A stretch of 64,000 nucleotides of DNA from Eledone cirrhosa (lineage: Eukaryota), in contig OZ024755.1 of assembly GCA_964016885.1 (NCBI GenBank), positions 32,488,001 to 32,552,000 on the forward strand, written 5' to 3'. Made by a program: the position numbers and the translations under genes. Below are positions 1 through 12,704 of the stretch, piece by piece. Position 1 is the stretch's first letter. Each line of letters begins with the position of its first letter. Below the pieces are notes generated by a model. It was given only the letters and a program-made list of their open reading frames with translations. It was not told the origin of the DNA and searched no databases.

Positions 1-615
1 AACTGAGGATATCTGTGTGTGTGTGCCTGTGAGTTTGAATACCTAAAACTCGAGAAGTACCCAACCAATTTTTTTCAAACTTTACATGTGTATTACTTAT
101 GTTACAAAGAGTGTTATGCACATACAAATTTGATTCCCTAGGGCCCGCATTAGGTGAAAAACTGCATTTTTTCAAGCTTTTTAAGGGGTTTTTTGAGGCG
201 TTATGTCAGACCAATTTCCTTGAAATTGTAACTATGTATTAGTCAGTCTCTTCTTCATACCGTGAGCAAAGAAAATCCAACTTTTTTATGGTCTAGGGCC
301 CGCATTAGGTGAAAAACTTCATTTTTTCAGCTTTTTAGGGCTTTTTTGAGGCGTTACGTCTAGCCGATTTTCCCGAAATTTCAAGGCATATTATACATAT
401 TAAAAAAATTCATTTTCTTGATCCCCTAGGGCCCGCATTAGGTGAAAACCTGCATTTTTCCTACTTCATCGAGGAAAATCTTAAAGATTATCCAGCCATC
501 AGAGTATTCGGTTTATTTTCTTTACATATTGTCCAGGCATGCAGTTTTTCCACGATTAGGTCTGTTGGCGGCCTGCATTCCAAAATACCTTATCCTGTGC
601 AGCGCCGGGTACCAA
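1..615 (+). mobile_element. Probable non-autonomous Helitron/Helentron-like element, truncated by the window edge, with about 145-bp internal repeats
   Basis: TAGGGCCCGCATTAGGTGAAAA occurs three times (about 139, 294, 427) with CC(A/G)ATTT..GAAATT motifs between. A GC-rich subterminal motif CCTGTGCAGCGCCGGGTAC lies at about 594-612. No terminal CTAG is seen. Confidence 0.45.
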
Positions 616-865
616 TATAATCTATGTGTACCAATATAATCTATCAACGATTCTATTCCGAAAACTGCAAAAGTTTCCACTTCTGTTATTAACAACATAA
701 ATGAATGAGTTGCCTTGCAGAGCTTTCGCTTCTAGGTGCCAGAAAACCCTCCATAAAAATTAAACATAAATTAGTAAAATGCATTAGAGTAAGGGTGGGC
801 AAACCTTTTGGATTGGGGTCCACATTGATTGGGTCATGAACACCAGAGGGCCACACCATTTATTG

Positions 866-2617
866 TTGGATATAGTACAGTATAGTATAGTACAGTATAG
901 TATAGTACAGTACATTATAGTACAGTATAGCATAGTACAGTATAGCATAGTATAGTACTAGATATTATTGGATATAGAGTGACAGTATAGTATAGCGCTA
1001 GATAGTATTGGATATAGTGTGACAGTATAGTATAGTACTAGATATTATTGGATATAGTGTGACAGTATAGTACTAGATATTATTGGATATAGAGTGACAG
1101 TATAGTACTAGATAGTATTGGATACAGTGTGACAGTATAGTATAGTACTAGATATTATTGGATATAGTGTGCCAGTATAGTATAGTACTAGATAGTATTG
1201 GATATAGTGTGACAGTATAGTATAGCGTTAGATAGTATTGGATATAGAGTGACAGTATAGTATAGTACTAGATATTATTGGATATAGTGTGACAGTATAG
1301 TACTAGATATTATTGGATATAGTGTGACAGTATAGTATAGTACTAGATAGTATTGGATATAGAGTGACAGTATAGTATAGTACTAGATATTATTGGATAT
1401 AGTGTGCCAGTATAGTATAGTACTAGATAGTATTGGATATAGTGTGACAGTATAGTATAGTACTAGATATTATTGGATATAGTGTGCCAGTATAGTATAG
1501 TACTAGATAGTATTGGATATAGTGTGCCAGTATAGTATAGTACTAGATAGTATTGGATATAGTGTGACAGTATAGTATAGTACTAGATAGTATTGGATAT
1601 AGTGTGCCAGTATAGTATAGTACTAGATAGTATTGGATATAGAGTGACAGTATAGTATAGTACTAGATATTATTGGATATAGTGTGACAGTATAGTATAG
1701 TACTAGATAGTATTGGATATAGTGTGACAGTATAGTATAGCGCTATTTAGTATTGGATATAGAGTGACAGTATAGTATAGTACTAGATATTATTGGATAT
1801 AGTGTGACAGTATAGTATAGTACTAGATAGTATTGGATATAGAGTGACAGTATAGTATAGTACTAGATAGTATTGGATATAGTGTGACAGTATAGTATAG
1901 TACTAGATAGTATTGGATATAGTGTGCCAGTATAGTATAGTACTAGATAGTATTGGATATAGTGTGACAGTATAGTATAGTACTAGATAGTATTGGATAT
2001 AGTGTGCCAGTATAGTATAGTACTAGATAGTATTGGATATAGTGTGCTAGTATAGTACTAGATAGTATTGGATATAGTGTGCTAGTATAGTATAGTACTA
2101 GATAGTATTGGATATAGTGTGCCAGTATAGTATAGTACTAGATAGTATTGGATATAGTGTGCTAGTATAGTACTAGATAGTATTGGATATAGTGTGCTAG
2201 TATAGTACTAGATAGTATTGGATATAGTGTGCTAGTATAGTACTAGATAGTATTGGATATAGTGTGACAGTATAGTATAGTACTAGATAGTATTGGATAT
2301 AGTGTTCCAGTATAGTATAGTACTAGATAGTATTGGATATAGTGTGCTAGTATAGTACTAGATAGTATTGGATATAGTGTGCTAGTATAGTACTAGATAG
2401 TATTGGATATAGTGTGCTAGTATAGTACTAGATAGTATTGGATATAGTGTGACAGTATAGTATAGTACTAGATAGTATTGGATATAGAGTGACAGTATAG
2501 TATAGTACTAGATAGTATTGGATATAGTGTGACAGTATAGTATAGTACTAGATAGTATTGGATATAGTGTGACAGTATAGTATAGTACTAGATAGTATTG
2601 GATATAGTGTGACAGTA
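866..2617. repeat. 40-bp minisatellite (35-bp variants), about 44 copies
   Basis: Unit TAGTATTGGATATAGTGTGACAGTATAGTATAGTACTAGA; variants lose one TATAG. Confidence 0.97.
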
Positions 2618-2774
2618 AGCTTAATTTTCTTCAGTTAGAATTTAGAAAATATATTGCATCAATATAATACATGAATTAATAAAATGATTAAATACAAAAA
2701 TCTTAAAACAAAGTTTTCTTTTAATTTGTGTCTGTACATCACAAAACATTTGTTGAATTTTATTTTTTTTATTA

Positions 2775-2941
2775 CTGTATTTCCCAGCACTGAAGACACT
2801 TTGTCCTCGAGGACACACCCTAATTTTGACAACCAGAAATTTGAAAAAAGTAATAAACAACCTTCGGCCTCCAGGACGCATGGTAGATTTTTGAGACTTA
2901 TTTTAGGAAAAAAGTAGAGTCTTCAATGTCAGGAAATACGG
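2775..2941. mobile_element. Tc1/mariner-superfamily (CCGTATTT-type) MITE, 167 bp
   Basis: TIRs CTGTATTTCCCAGCACTGAAGAC and GTCTTCAATGTCAGGAAATACGG, with TA on both sides (2773-74, 2942-43). Confidence 0.8.
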
Positions 2942-3797
2942 TAATTTACCGAATGCTTCCACAGGATGCACAAAACTCTTTGGCAGGCTGTAGTTTGCTC
3001 CCCCCACCCCACCCAGCATTAGAGAATAAATATGTAAGTTGAGTTATTAAAGCATATGACATTTCTAAGTCATCATCGTTTCACATTTAGTTTTGTAGAC
3101 TTGCATTAAAAATGAAAGATTTATCCACAAGTAAAGATATAAAGATATGAATGAAATCCATATTTAAACATTTTCTGCTCCATCCTTACAGAATGTTAAG
3201 AGTTAAAGAAAGAATACAACCATAATATAATTTCCAGATTCTGTACGGTGCAGGAATAAAATGCTGCAGTATTATTTATTATGCATCAGTTTGATTCTCC
3301 TATTTATTTGGTATATAAAGTCAAACTGGTTTCCTTATGAAATCATTTGATAATTGAGATTGTTATTTCTAGTAGCAGGTAATTTTGCCTAAATATAATG
3401 TGAAAATATTTCCGCAACATTTTAATAATACTATATTTCGACAAGAGACTCCACCCTCTAATTTCATGCATCACAGATTGCATTGTAAAAATCGTATATT
3501 AAGTAGCTGAAAGCTATTTCTTTTTGGGGAATATTTTATTTTATTTTTTTTTTTACATAGATATTACTTTGTTTCTTTTTTCCAAAAAAAGCCCCCCCCC
3601 CAAAAAAAAAGCTGTATTTGGGGAGATAAAAAAAGAAAAAAAAAAAACTAGAGAGTAACAAACCTCACCAAGTGGAAGAGGACATGAGAAATAAGATCAA
3701 TATTTTTATATTTATTATATATCTACTTATTGATAGCTGTTTATATTGTTGTTTTATCATTATCAGAGATAACATCATTGTTTAGTGTAGCCAGATT

Positions 3798-5148
3798 GAT
3801 TGCTTACATTATCATAGTAGTTTTATATCTTTCTATATGTGGGTATATATGATTGCTTACATTATCATAGTAGTTTTATATCTTTCTATATGTGTGTATA
3901 TATAATTGCTTACACTATCATAGTAGTTTTATATCTTTCTATATGTGTGTATATATGATTGCTTACATTATCATAGTAGTTTTATACCTTTCTATATGTG
4001 TGTATATGATTGCTTACATTATCATAGTAGTTTTATATCTTTCTATATGTGTGTATATATGATTGCTTACATTATCATAGTAGTTTTATATCTTTCTATA
4101 TGTGTGTATATATGATTGCTTACATTATCATAGTAGTTTTATATCTTTCTATATGTGTGTATATATGATTGCTTACATTATCATAGTAGTTTTATATCTT
4201 TCTATATATGGGTATATATGATTGCTTACATTATCATAGTAGTTTTATACCTTTCTATATGTGGGTATATATGATTGCTTACATCATCATAGTAGTTTTA
4301 TACCCTTCTATATGTCTGTATTGTGTTTGCTTACATTATCATAGTAGTTTTATATCTTTCTATATATGGGTATATATGATTGCTTACATTATCATAGTAG
4401 TTTTATATCTTTCTATATGTGGGTATATATGATTGCTTACATTATCATAGTAGTTTTATATCTTTCTATATGTGGGTATATATGATTGCTTACATTATCA
4501 TAGTAGTTTTATATCTTTCTATATATGGGTATATATGATTGCTTACATTATCATAGTAGTTTTATATCTTTCTATATGTGTGTATATATGATTGCTTACA
4601 TTATCATAGTAGTTTTATACCTTTCTATATGTGGGAATATATGATTGCTTACATCATCATAGTAGTTTTATACCCTTCTATATGTCTGTATTGTGTTTGC
4701 TTACATTATCATAGTAGTTTTATATCTTTCTATATGTGTGTATATATGATTGCTTACATTATCATAGTAGTTTTATATCTTTCTATATATGTGTGAATAT
4801 ATGATTGCTTACATTATCATAGTAGTTTTATATCTTTCTATATGTGTGTATATATGATTGCTTACATTATCATAGTAGTTTTATATCTTTCTATATATGT
4901 GTATATATGATTGCTTACATTATCATAGTAGTTTTATATCTTTCTATATGTGTGTATATATGATTGCTTACATTATCATAGTAGTTTTATATCTTTCTAT
5001 ATGTGGGTATATATGATTGCTTACATTATCATAGTAGTTTTATATCTTTCTATATGTGGGTATATATGATTGCTTACATTATCATAGTAGTTTTATATCT
5101 TTCTATATGTGGGTATATATGATTGCTTACATTATCATATTAGTTTTA
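3798..5148. repeat. 53-bp minisatellite, about 25 copies
   Basis: Unit GATTGCTTACATTATCATAGTAGTTTTATATCTTTCTATATGTGTGTATATAT. Confidence 0.97.
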
Positions 5149-5214
5149 TTACACGGGGAGTACCATGAATAAAAGTGCCCCAAAATGTTATACTCCAAGA
5201 TTAGCGACATTAAT

Positions 5215-5418
5215 ATAAGAGACAGACCGAGGAAACAATGTTTCCGTTTGTCTTTCCAATTGCTAACTCTATCTATTGGTCACAACTCAAGGTAGAAGGA
5301 GCAACGTGAAATAAAATGTCTTGCTCAAGGACATAACGCATCGCCCAGTCCAGGAATCAAACTCACAACCTCAAGATTTTGAATCCAATTCTCTGACCAC
5401 TCAGTCACATGCCTTCAC
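5215..5418 (-). mobile_element. tRNA-derived SINE, family A (partial CORE-like body)
   Basis: Reverse complement matches the copies at 11918 and 31880, with an A-box/B-box head followed by TGTCCTTGAGCAAGACATTTTATTTCAC. Confidence 0.8.
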
Positions 5419-5448
5419 ACATTAATATAAATCTCTCATAAATTACAC

Positions 5449-5646
5449 CAGATCTGCCAATTTCTAAAAACCCAAACCGGGAGAACCATGAAAAAAAGGA
5501 CCCCAAAATGGGGAGAAATGAGGTAAAATGGGAAGATTTTACATAATGAAAGCTATCCCCATTTTCACAAGAGAAGACATTTCTCACCTACCCCAAAGGC
5601 TATTGGAAATCTCACCCCAATCGGATGGGGAGAGTTGACAGGTTTG
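5449..5646. mobile_element. Possible hAT-type MITE
   Basis: Ends CAGATCTGCCAA and TTGACAGGTTTG are imperfect inverted repeats with subterminal GGGAGA motifs. No clear TSD. Confidence 0.45.
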
Positions 5647-6264
5647 ACATAACTAAATAAAGGAAATTTTTTACAAAATTAACAAAACCATTGTGCTTCA
5701 CATCTAAACAGATTTCAAAAACATTTTTTAAAACAAATCTTTCCTACTTGATCCAAGCAAACATGATGCATGAATATACAGCAAAATAGCGACATGGTTA
5801 AAATTCTGTGCTTGGTTGCCAACATGCACTGTGAATGCTATAAAGTTGAGGTTGATCACCAATAAAGTTCACTCAACTCATTTCTTCCCCAGCTACCCTG
5901 AAAGTATTTACTATATCAGATAGCAAGTCTTTGATATATCAGATAGCAAAACGTACATAAAGCTACATATAATGTTATAGAAAGGTATGAAACCTAATAT
6001 GAATGATTATGAATTCACATAGAGCAAGAAATACTTTGAAAATTAAAACCAAACACTGCTAACTATATCATATTTTAATTCACATATGTTTCTTCCTTAA
6101 TATTAAAAGCTGAATATTAGGAATCATCAGAAATAAATAAGATACAACTACCTTAAACACAACCTTTTGTCCAAAACCCTATTGTATCAGAGTATTTTGT
6201 GTACATTAAAAAAAAAATGTACCATCATTCTAGGAAATAGTACTTACCACGAGACTCACAACCA

Positions 6265-6390
6265 TAATTATTCACATGGGCCGTCAAACGAATATATATA
6301 TATATATATTCACATGGGCCCTCAAACGAATAATTATTCACATCGGCCTCCAAACGAATAATTATTCACATGGGCCCTCAAATGAATAGG
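6265..6390. repeat. Short tandem repeat of about 28 bp, about 4 copies
   Basis: AATAATTATTCACATGGGCCCTCAAACG repeated. Confidence 0.85.
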
Positions 6391-6559
6391 CATACATTTT
6401 ATGAATATTATAATCACAGTTATAAGCAATATATCTTTTTTACGCAATAAATTCAGTATAAATATTAAAGTTTTCAAGCAGGAGACTAAGTTTCACATGA
6501 TAAATTATATACACACCACCACAAATACAGGCCAATACACACAGTACCATACAAATGTA

Positions 6560-6772
6560 CAGGGTGGGCCAGAATTCATGACACGCTTGTTAGTTATATT
6601 TCTTAACATGCTTATTTTATTGTTATTGTATTGTTTTAATTTATTATTTTATTTCTTAATATGCTTAGTAGGTTTTAATTTATATTTTTATTTTTAAATA
6701 TGCTTCACAGGTTTTTTTATTAATAAATAATCTATAAATAATCAAGTGAGTCATGAATTCTAGCCCACCTTG
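6560..6772. mobile_element. Tc1/mariner MITE, 213 bp
   Basis: TIRs of about 30 bp (CAGGGTGGGCCAGAATTCATGACACGCTTG and CAAGTGAGTCATGAATTCTAGCCCACCTTG), with a TA TSD. Confidence 0.85.
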
Positions 6773-6902
6773 TATACATTTCGAGTTAAAAATTCTATTT
6801 ATTTTGATGATACCTAATATTGAGCTCTTAATACTAAGGATGAGTCATATAGTTAGCAGGGTTTGGTTTTAATTTTGAAAGTATATATATATATATATAT
6901 AT

Positions 6903-7247
6903 GGAGGTACATGGCTTAGTGGTTAGAGCATTGGACTTGCAATCGAAAGGTTGTGAGTTCAATACTCAGACCGGGTGATGTGTTGTTTCCCTGAGCAAGA
7001 GACTTTATTTCACATTGCTCCAGTTTACTCAGCTGTAGAAATGAGATTATAGGGACTGGCGTCCCTATCATTCCACTGTAAAGTGGTCGTGGAGGTGCCA
7101 CGGCAAAAAAGCACCCAGCACTCACTGTAAATGAGGTTGGTGTTAGGAAGGGCATCCAGCTGTAGAAATCAAGCCAGAATCAGTTCCCGTCCCACCCTTG
7201 CAAGCAGGGAAAAGCGGACGTAAAATGATGATGATGATGATGATGAT
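6903..7247 (+). mobile_element. Full-length tRNA-derived CORE-type SINE (family B) with RTE-type (GAT)n tail
   Basis: A-box TGGCTTAGTGG, B-box-like GAGTTCAATAC, CORE-like CCTGAGCAAGAGACTTT..CAGTTTACTCAGCTGTAGAAATGAG, and (GAT)n tail. Near-identical copies at 43385, 46883 and 58357. Confidence 0.9.
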
Positions 7248-7270
7248 ATATATAAGTTTTAATATAGATG

Positions 7271-7321
7271 AGATTCTACAGGACTAGAACTGTTTCATTC
7301 TTTAGAAATCATCGGGAATCT
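7271..7321 (-). ncRNA. Type I hammerhead-like motif, family H2 (U4C core variant)
   Basis: Minus strand reads AGAUUC-CCGAUGA-U-UUC-UAAA-GAA-U-GAA-ACAG-UUCUAGUC-CUGU-A-GAAUCU, with a GUA triplet. Confidence 0.65.
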
Positions 7322-7825
7322 GGGTATCAAAAAATAAATATGGTATTTATAGGTCTCTACAAGTGGTAGGAGAGGGTGGGGAGTGGGATGTGTGTAGGTC
7401 ATTGGTTGATAGAAAAGGGGATTCATTAAAAGCTAATTCTACAAAGCTATAGTTTATTTTTATTAATTTTTATTAATATACCATTCCTTGTCATTAAGTT
7501 TCTCTTAAGCTAACAGATGTCTATAAGATCAGTGGGGGGGGGGGGTATCTACCATGACTGACCTCCCACTGATCTTATAGACATCTGTTAGCTTAAGAGA
7601 AACTTAATGACAAGGAATGGTATGCCATCCGGAACCTGTTTATAGAATTCTGTCTGCCTTTGTTACTCTAAAAACAAAAATTAATAAAAATAAACTATAG
7701 CTTTGTAGAATTAGCTTTTAATGAATCCCCTTTTCTATCAACCAATGACCTACACCCATCCCACTCCCCACCCTCTCCTACCACTTGTAGAGACCTATAA
7801 ATACCATATTTATTTTTTGATACCC

Positions 7826-7876
7826 AGATTCCCAATGATTTCTAAAGAATGAAACAGTTCTAGTCCTGTAGAATCT
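7826..7876 (+). ncRNA. Type I hammerhead-like motif, family H2, probably inactive (CCAAUGA, G5A)
   Basis: Mirror copy of 7271-7321 with a substitution at a conserved core position. Confidence 0.5.
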
Positions 7877-8083
7877 CATCTATATTAAAACTTTTATACT
7901 CTGCAATGTATTGAGTACCTTACTTACTGTGGTTACCTCCGATTCAACCCGGAATAACGTACTTATATATATATATAGATAGATAGATATATGGAAGTGG
8001 TAAAATCTGTTAGACCATTATTCACGAGACTACTTAAATTCAGGACCCCAACAGCTGAGCTCCTGCTATTTCAACAGCTGGAT

Positions 8084-8170
<87 letters not shown>

Positions 8171-8276
8171 CAAGCAGGGAAAAGCGGACGTAAAATGATG
8201 ATGATACATAAGCAAGTATTGCACCAAGAAAAATAAAGCATCGGCGAGAAGGAGATTAGGAATTTATTTGCTTTAA

Positions 8277-8497
8277 CTCTTTAGCATTTGCATTCCTCTA
8301 TATTTACTATTATATTTTTGTGGTAAAGGCTTTATATTACATAATTATCTCACACAATATCGAATCTATGTGATTTTTATGTTATTTATTTTGAGAACAA
8401 TAGCTTAACATCAGTATAAGTGGTCGGTTATGTTCAATTTAAACAGAAAAAGTTGAGAGAATTCTGGCTTGATATAGCCAGTTTAAATGCTAAGTGG
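8277..8497 (+). mobile_element. piggyBac-like TTAA MITE, family P, unit-length copy of about 220 bp
   Basis: TTAA-CTCTTTAGCATTT ... AAATGCTAAGTGG-TTAA; the interior matches many other copies in the window. Confidence 0.85.
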
Positions 8498-9091
8498 TTA
8501 ATTATGGTTAGTTGGATTGCTATCGGAAAGAACAAGTAATTTAAAAGAAGAGAACTGGCCGAGCTTTTGGTTCCAGTTACTAGAATCTTCAGAGTCACAA
8601 AGTTAAAAAAGCAGAAGGTATTGTAGGCAAGTGAATAAACATACGGGATAAAAAGCCTCATTGGTTTTGTGATGTTACTAAGAATTACATTGAACATAAT
8701 ATCATTTTCTGGCAGCACATGGTACTAGAAAGTATGTTTCATTCATCAGTAGTTTCATTGTTATATTTAAGAAGTTGTTATTCTCTGATTTCTATTCTTC
8801 TGTCTCATCAGTAAATCACATCAATCACATTTCGTTGATACATATCAAATTCTAATATAGTAGGTTTTCACAGTTCCATTGCTCAGTCTGCCTGAACTGA
8901 TATAGTTTTACTACTCTAGAAATATTTATATTCATTCATTCTTTCAAGTTTATTCAGTTTAACTTAACCCTTTAGCATTTAAAGTGGCTGTATCTGGTCA
9001 GAATTCTCTCACCTCTTTCTGTTCAAACTGGCTGTAACCAGCTATTCATGTATTGTTCTCAAAATAAATATTATCAAAATTTCATAGTTTC

Positions 9092-9276
9092 AATAATTGT
9101 TTCTACTTTTGGCACAAGGCCAGCAAATACCCAGTACATTACTGGTACTTTATTTTATCGACCCCGTAAGGATGAAAGGCAAAGTCAACCTCGGCGGGAT
9201 TTGAACTCAGATCGTAAAGGGACGTAACTATGCTGGAAAACATGTCCGACCCTCTACCGATACTGCCAATCCACCG
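9092..9276 (-). mobile_element. tRNA-derived Nin/Deu-like SINE (family C) nested in the MITE
   Basis: Minus strand reads GGCAGTATCGGTAGAG..GAGTTCAAATCCCGCCGAGGTTGACTTTGCCTTTCATCC..GGGGTCGATAAAATAAAGTACCAG, with an ATT tail. Confidence 0.85.
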
Positions 9277-9284
9277 AATAATAA

Positions 9285-11782
9285 TGTGAGGCAAAGCCTT
9301 TACTGTGAAAATACAATAGTATATATAGAGTAATGTAAATGTTATGCGAGATATTATGTGAGGTAAAACCTTTGCTGTGAAAATACAATAGTAAATATAG
9401 AGTAATCTAAATGTTATGTGAGATATTATGTGAGGTAAAGCCTTTACTGTGAAAATACAATAGTAAATATAGATTAATGTAAATGTTATGTGAGATATTA
9501 TGTAAGGTAAAGCCTTTACTGTGAAAATACAATAGTATATATAGAGTAATGTAAATGTTATGTGAGATATTATGTGAGGTAAAGTCTTTACTGTGAAAAT
9601 ATAATAGTATATATAGGGTAATGTAAATGTTATGTGAGGTATTATGTGAGGTAAAGCCTTTACTGTGAGAATACAATAGTATATATAGAGTAATGTAAAT
9701 GGTATGTGAGATATTATGTGAGGTAAAGTCTTTACTGTCAAAATACAATAGTATATATAGAGTAATGTAAATGTTATGTGAGATATTATGTGAGGTAAAG
9801 CCTTTACTGTGAAAATACAATAGTATATATAGAGTAATGTAAATGTTATGTGAGATATTATGTGAGATAAAGCCTTTACTGTGAAAATACAATAGTATAT
9901 ATAGAGTAATGTAAATGTTATGCGAGATATTATGTGAGGTAAAGCTTTTACTGTGAAAATACAATAGTATATATAGAGTAATGTAAATGTTATGTGAGAT
10001 ATTATGTGAGGTAAAGCTTTTACTGTGAAAATACAATAGTATATATAGAGTAATGTAAATGTTATGTGAGATATTATGTGAGGTAAAGCCTTTACTGTCA
10101 AAATACAATAGTATATATAGAGTAATGTAAATGTTATGTGAGATATTATGTGAGGTAAAGCCTTTACTGTCAAAATACAATAGTATATATAGAGTAATGT
10201 AAATGTTATGTGAGATATTATGTGAGGTAAAGCCTTTACTGTCAAAATACAATAGTATATATAGAGTAATGTAAATGTTATGTGAGATATTATGTGAGGT
10301 AAAGCCTTTACTGTCAAAATACAATAGTATATATAGAGTAATGTAAATGTTATGTGAGATATTATGTGAGGTAAAGCCTTTACTGTGAAAATACAATAGT
10401 ATATATAGAGTAATGTAAATGTTATGTGAGATATTATGTGAGGTAAAGTCTTTACTGTCAAAATACAATAGTATATATAGAGTAATGTAAATGTTATGTG
10501 AGATAATTATGTGAGGTAAAGTCTTTACTGTGAAAATACAATAGTATATATAGAGTAATGTAAATGTTATGTGAGATATTATGTGAGGTAAAGCCTTTAC
10601 TGTGAAAATACAATAGTATATATAGAGTAATGTAAATGTTATGTGAGATTATGTGAGGTAAAGTCTTTACTGTGAAAATACAATAGTATATATAGAGTAA
10701 TGTAAATGTTATGTGAGATATTATGTGAGGTAAAGCCTTTACTGTGAAAATACAATAGTATATATAGAGTAATGTAAATGTTATGTGAGATATTATGTGA
10801 GGTAAAGCCTTTACTGTGAAAATACAATAGTATATATAGAGTAATGTAAATGTTATGTGAGATATTATGTAAGGTAAAGTCTTTATTGTGAAAATACAAT
10901 AGTAAATATAGAGTAATGTAAATGTTATGTGAGATATTATGTGAGGTAAAGTCTTTACTGTGAAAATATAATAGTATATATAGGGTAATGTAAATGTTAT
11001 GTGAGATATTATGCGAGGTAAAGCCTTTACTGTGAAAATACAATAGTAAATATAGGGTAATGTAAATGTTATGTGAGATATTATGTGAGGTAAAGTCTTT
11101 ACTGTGAAAATACAATAGTATATATAATGTAAATGTTATGTGAGATATTATGTGAGGTAAAGCCTTTACTGTGAAAATACAATAGTATATATAGAGTAAT
11201 GTAAATGTTATGTGAGATATTATGTGAGATAAAGCCTTTACTGTGAAAATACAATAGTATATATAGAGTAATGTAAATGTTATGTGAGATATTATGTGAG
11301 GTAAAGCCTTTACTGTGAAAATACAATAGTATATATAGAGTAATGTAAATGTTATGTGAGATATTATGTGAGGTAAAGCCTTTACTGTGAAAATACAATA
11401 GTAAATATAGAGTAATGTAAATGTTATGTGAGATATTATGTGAGGTAAAACCTTTACTGTGAAAATACAATAGTATATATAGAGTAATGTAAATGTTATG
11501 TGAGATATTATGTGAGGTAAAACCTTTACTGTGAAAATACAATAGTATATATAGAGTAATGTAAATGTTATGTGAGATATTATGTGAGGTAAAGCCTTTA
11601 CTGTGAAAATATAATAGTATATATAGAGTAATGTAAATGTTATGTGAGATATTATGTGAGGTAAAGCCTTTACTGTGAAAATACAATAGTATATATAGAG
11701 TAATGTAAATGTTATGTGAGATATTATGCGAGGTAAAACCTTTACTGTGAAAATACAATAGTATATATAGAGTAATGTAAAT
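9285..11782. repeat. 72-bp satellite, about 34 copies, derived from MITE P
   Basis: Unit AATGTTATGTGAGATATTATGTGAGGTAAAGCCTTTACTGTGAAAATACAATAGTATATATAGAGTAATGTA. Confidence 0.97.
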
Positions 11783-11917
11783 GGTAAAGAGTTAAATCAT
11801 TGACTTTGTTTCTACACCATAAGTCATTGCTGGGAGCAATGTATCATATTAACAATGGCTTACCAACAATAAATTTAATTTTGATTAAAAGAATTAAGCT
11901 ACCGTATGGATGCTGAG

Positions 11918-12120
11918 TGAAGGCACGTGGCTGAGTGGTTAGAGAATTGGATTCGCAATTGTGAGGTTGTGAGTTTGATTCCCAGACCAGATGATGCGTC
12001 ATGTCCTTGAGCAGGGTACATTCTTTCACATTGCTCCTTCTACCTCGATTTGCGACCGATAGATAGTATCAGCAATTGGAAAGACCAATAGAAACATTGT
12101 TTCCTCAGTCCCATTTGATG
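11918..12120 (+). mobile_element. SINE family A copy
   Basis: Head GGCACGTGGCTGAGTGGTTAGAG; aligns with 31880-32090. Confidence 0.8.
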
Positions 12121-12228
12121 AGCTCCACCCCACTCATTAAGTGAATGTGGTTTGGGATCTTATTGATGGACTGTCGATGGATGCTGAGCTATTTGACAGT
12201 TGCCCTATATAAATAGAAGTTATGTCAA

Positions 12229-12704
12229 CCCTTTTGATACCAACCCACTTGAAACCAACCCTGCTCTATGATATAAAGCTGCCTGTTAATATGGTATAAC
12301 ATTGCTTATCTATGGTAATGTATGGTCCCGTAACTCCTGATAGAGTCATAGGGGAGCTGTATTGACATACAACATTTCTTGGGCATTTAAAACCCTGGCA
12401 GAGCCCATCCCTTTCCAGGCCTGAGTAGAGCAGATTTCTTCCAGAGAAGGATAGAAAGTAAGAGAGAGGGAGTGAGAAAGAGATATAGAAGAAGAATTGA
12501 CCCCGGTACTTGACTGGTACTTTTTTTTATTAGCCTTGAAACCTTCCATCATAATATTACATTAGACATTTTTGTTAACTAAGGCTGCAAACATCAATCT
12601 TACCATGTAAAAATTATATTACTAAATTCCTCAAAATTTTTGATTACTTCAAAATAATTGAAACACTGGCAGTGTATTTCATTGGAAATATGGTAAGAAA
12701 AGGG
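12229..12704. mobile_element. Second, older piggyBac-like MITE interrupted by a SINE 3' fragment (about 12320-12540)
   Basis: Ends CCCTTTTGATACCA and TGGTAAGAAAAGGG with degraded TTAA. The insert is homologous to 19860-20050. Confidence 0.5.

Larger units (their letters stand above)
790..3016. mobile_element. hAT (Charlie-like) MITE inflated by an internal minisatellite and a nested MITE
   Basis: Left end TAAGGGTGGGCAAAC, degenerate right end GTAGTTTGCTCCCC..CCCAG. The 8-bp direct repeat CATTAGAG lies at 782-789 and 3017-3024. Confidence 0.7.
7250..7962 (+). mobile_element. Penelope-like element 3' end with a long inverted duplication (fold-back)
   Basis: 7253-7536 is the reverse complement of 7564-7897, except that the left arm lacks about 7623-7676. 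Each arm holds a hammerhead-like motif. (TA)n flanks both sides. Confidence 0.65.
8968..11791 (-). mobile_element. Family P MITE expanded to 2.8 kb by an internal 72-bp array and a nested SINE
   Basis: TTAA (8964-67) then CCCTTTAGCATTT; the other end is AAATGGTAAAGAG then TTAA (11792-95). Confidence 0.88.

Noticed and set aside
6903-6975. tRNA gene (also at the other SINE heads)
   Set aside because: A and B boxes are present but continue into SINE bodies with (GAT)n or (ATT)n tails; there is no convincing acceptor stem or oligo-T terminator.
9139-11758. Long ORFs (440, 353, 219 and 158 aa) with 24-aa periodicity
   Set aside because: They are translations of the 72-bp MITE-derived satellite, open in several frames and broken by indels.
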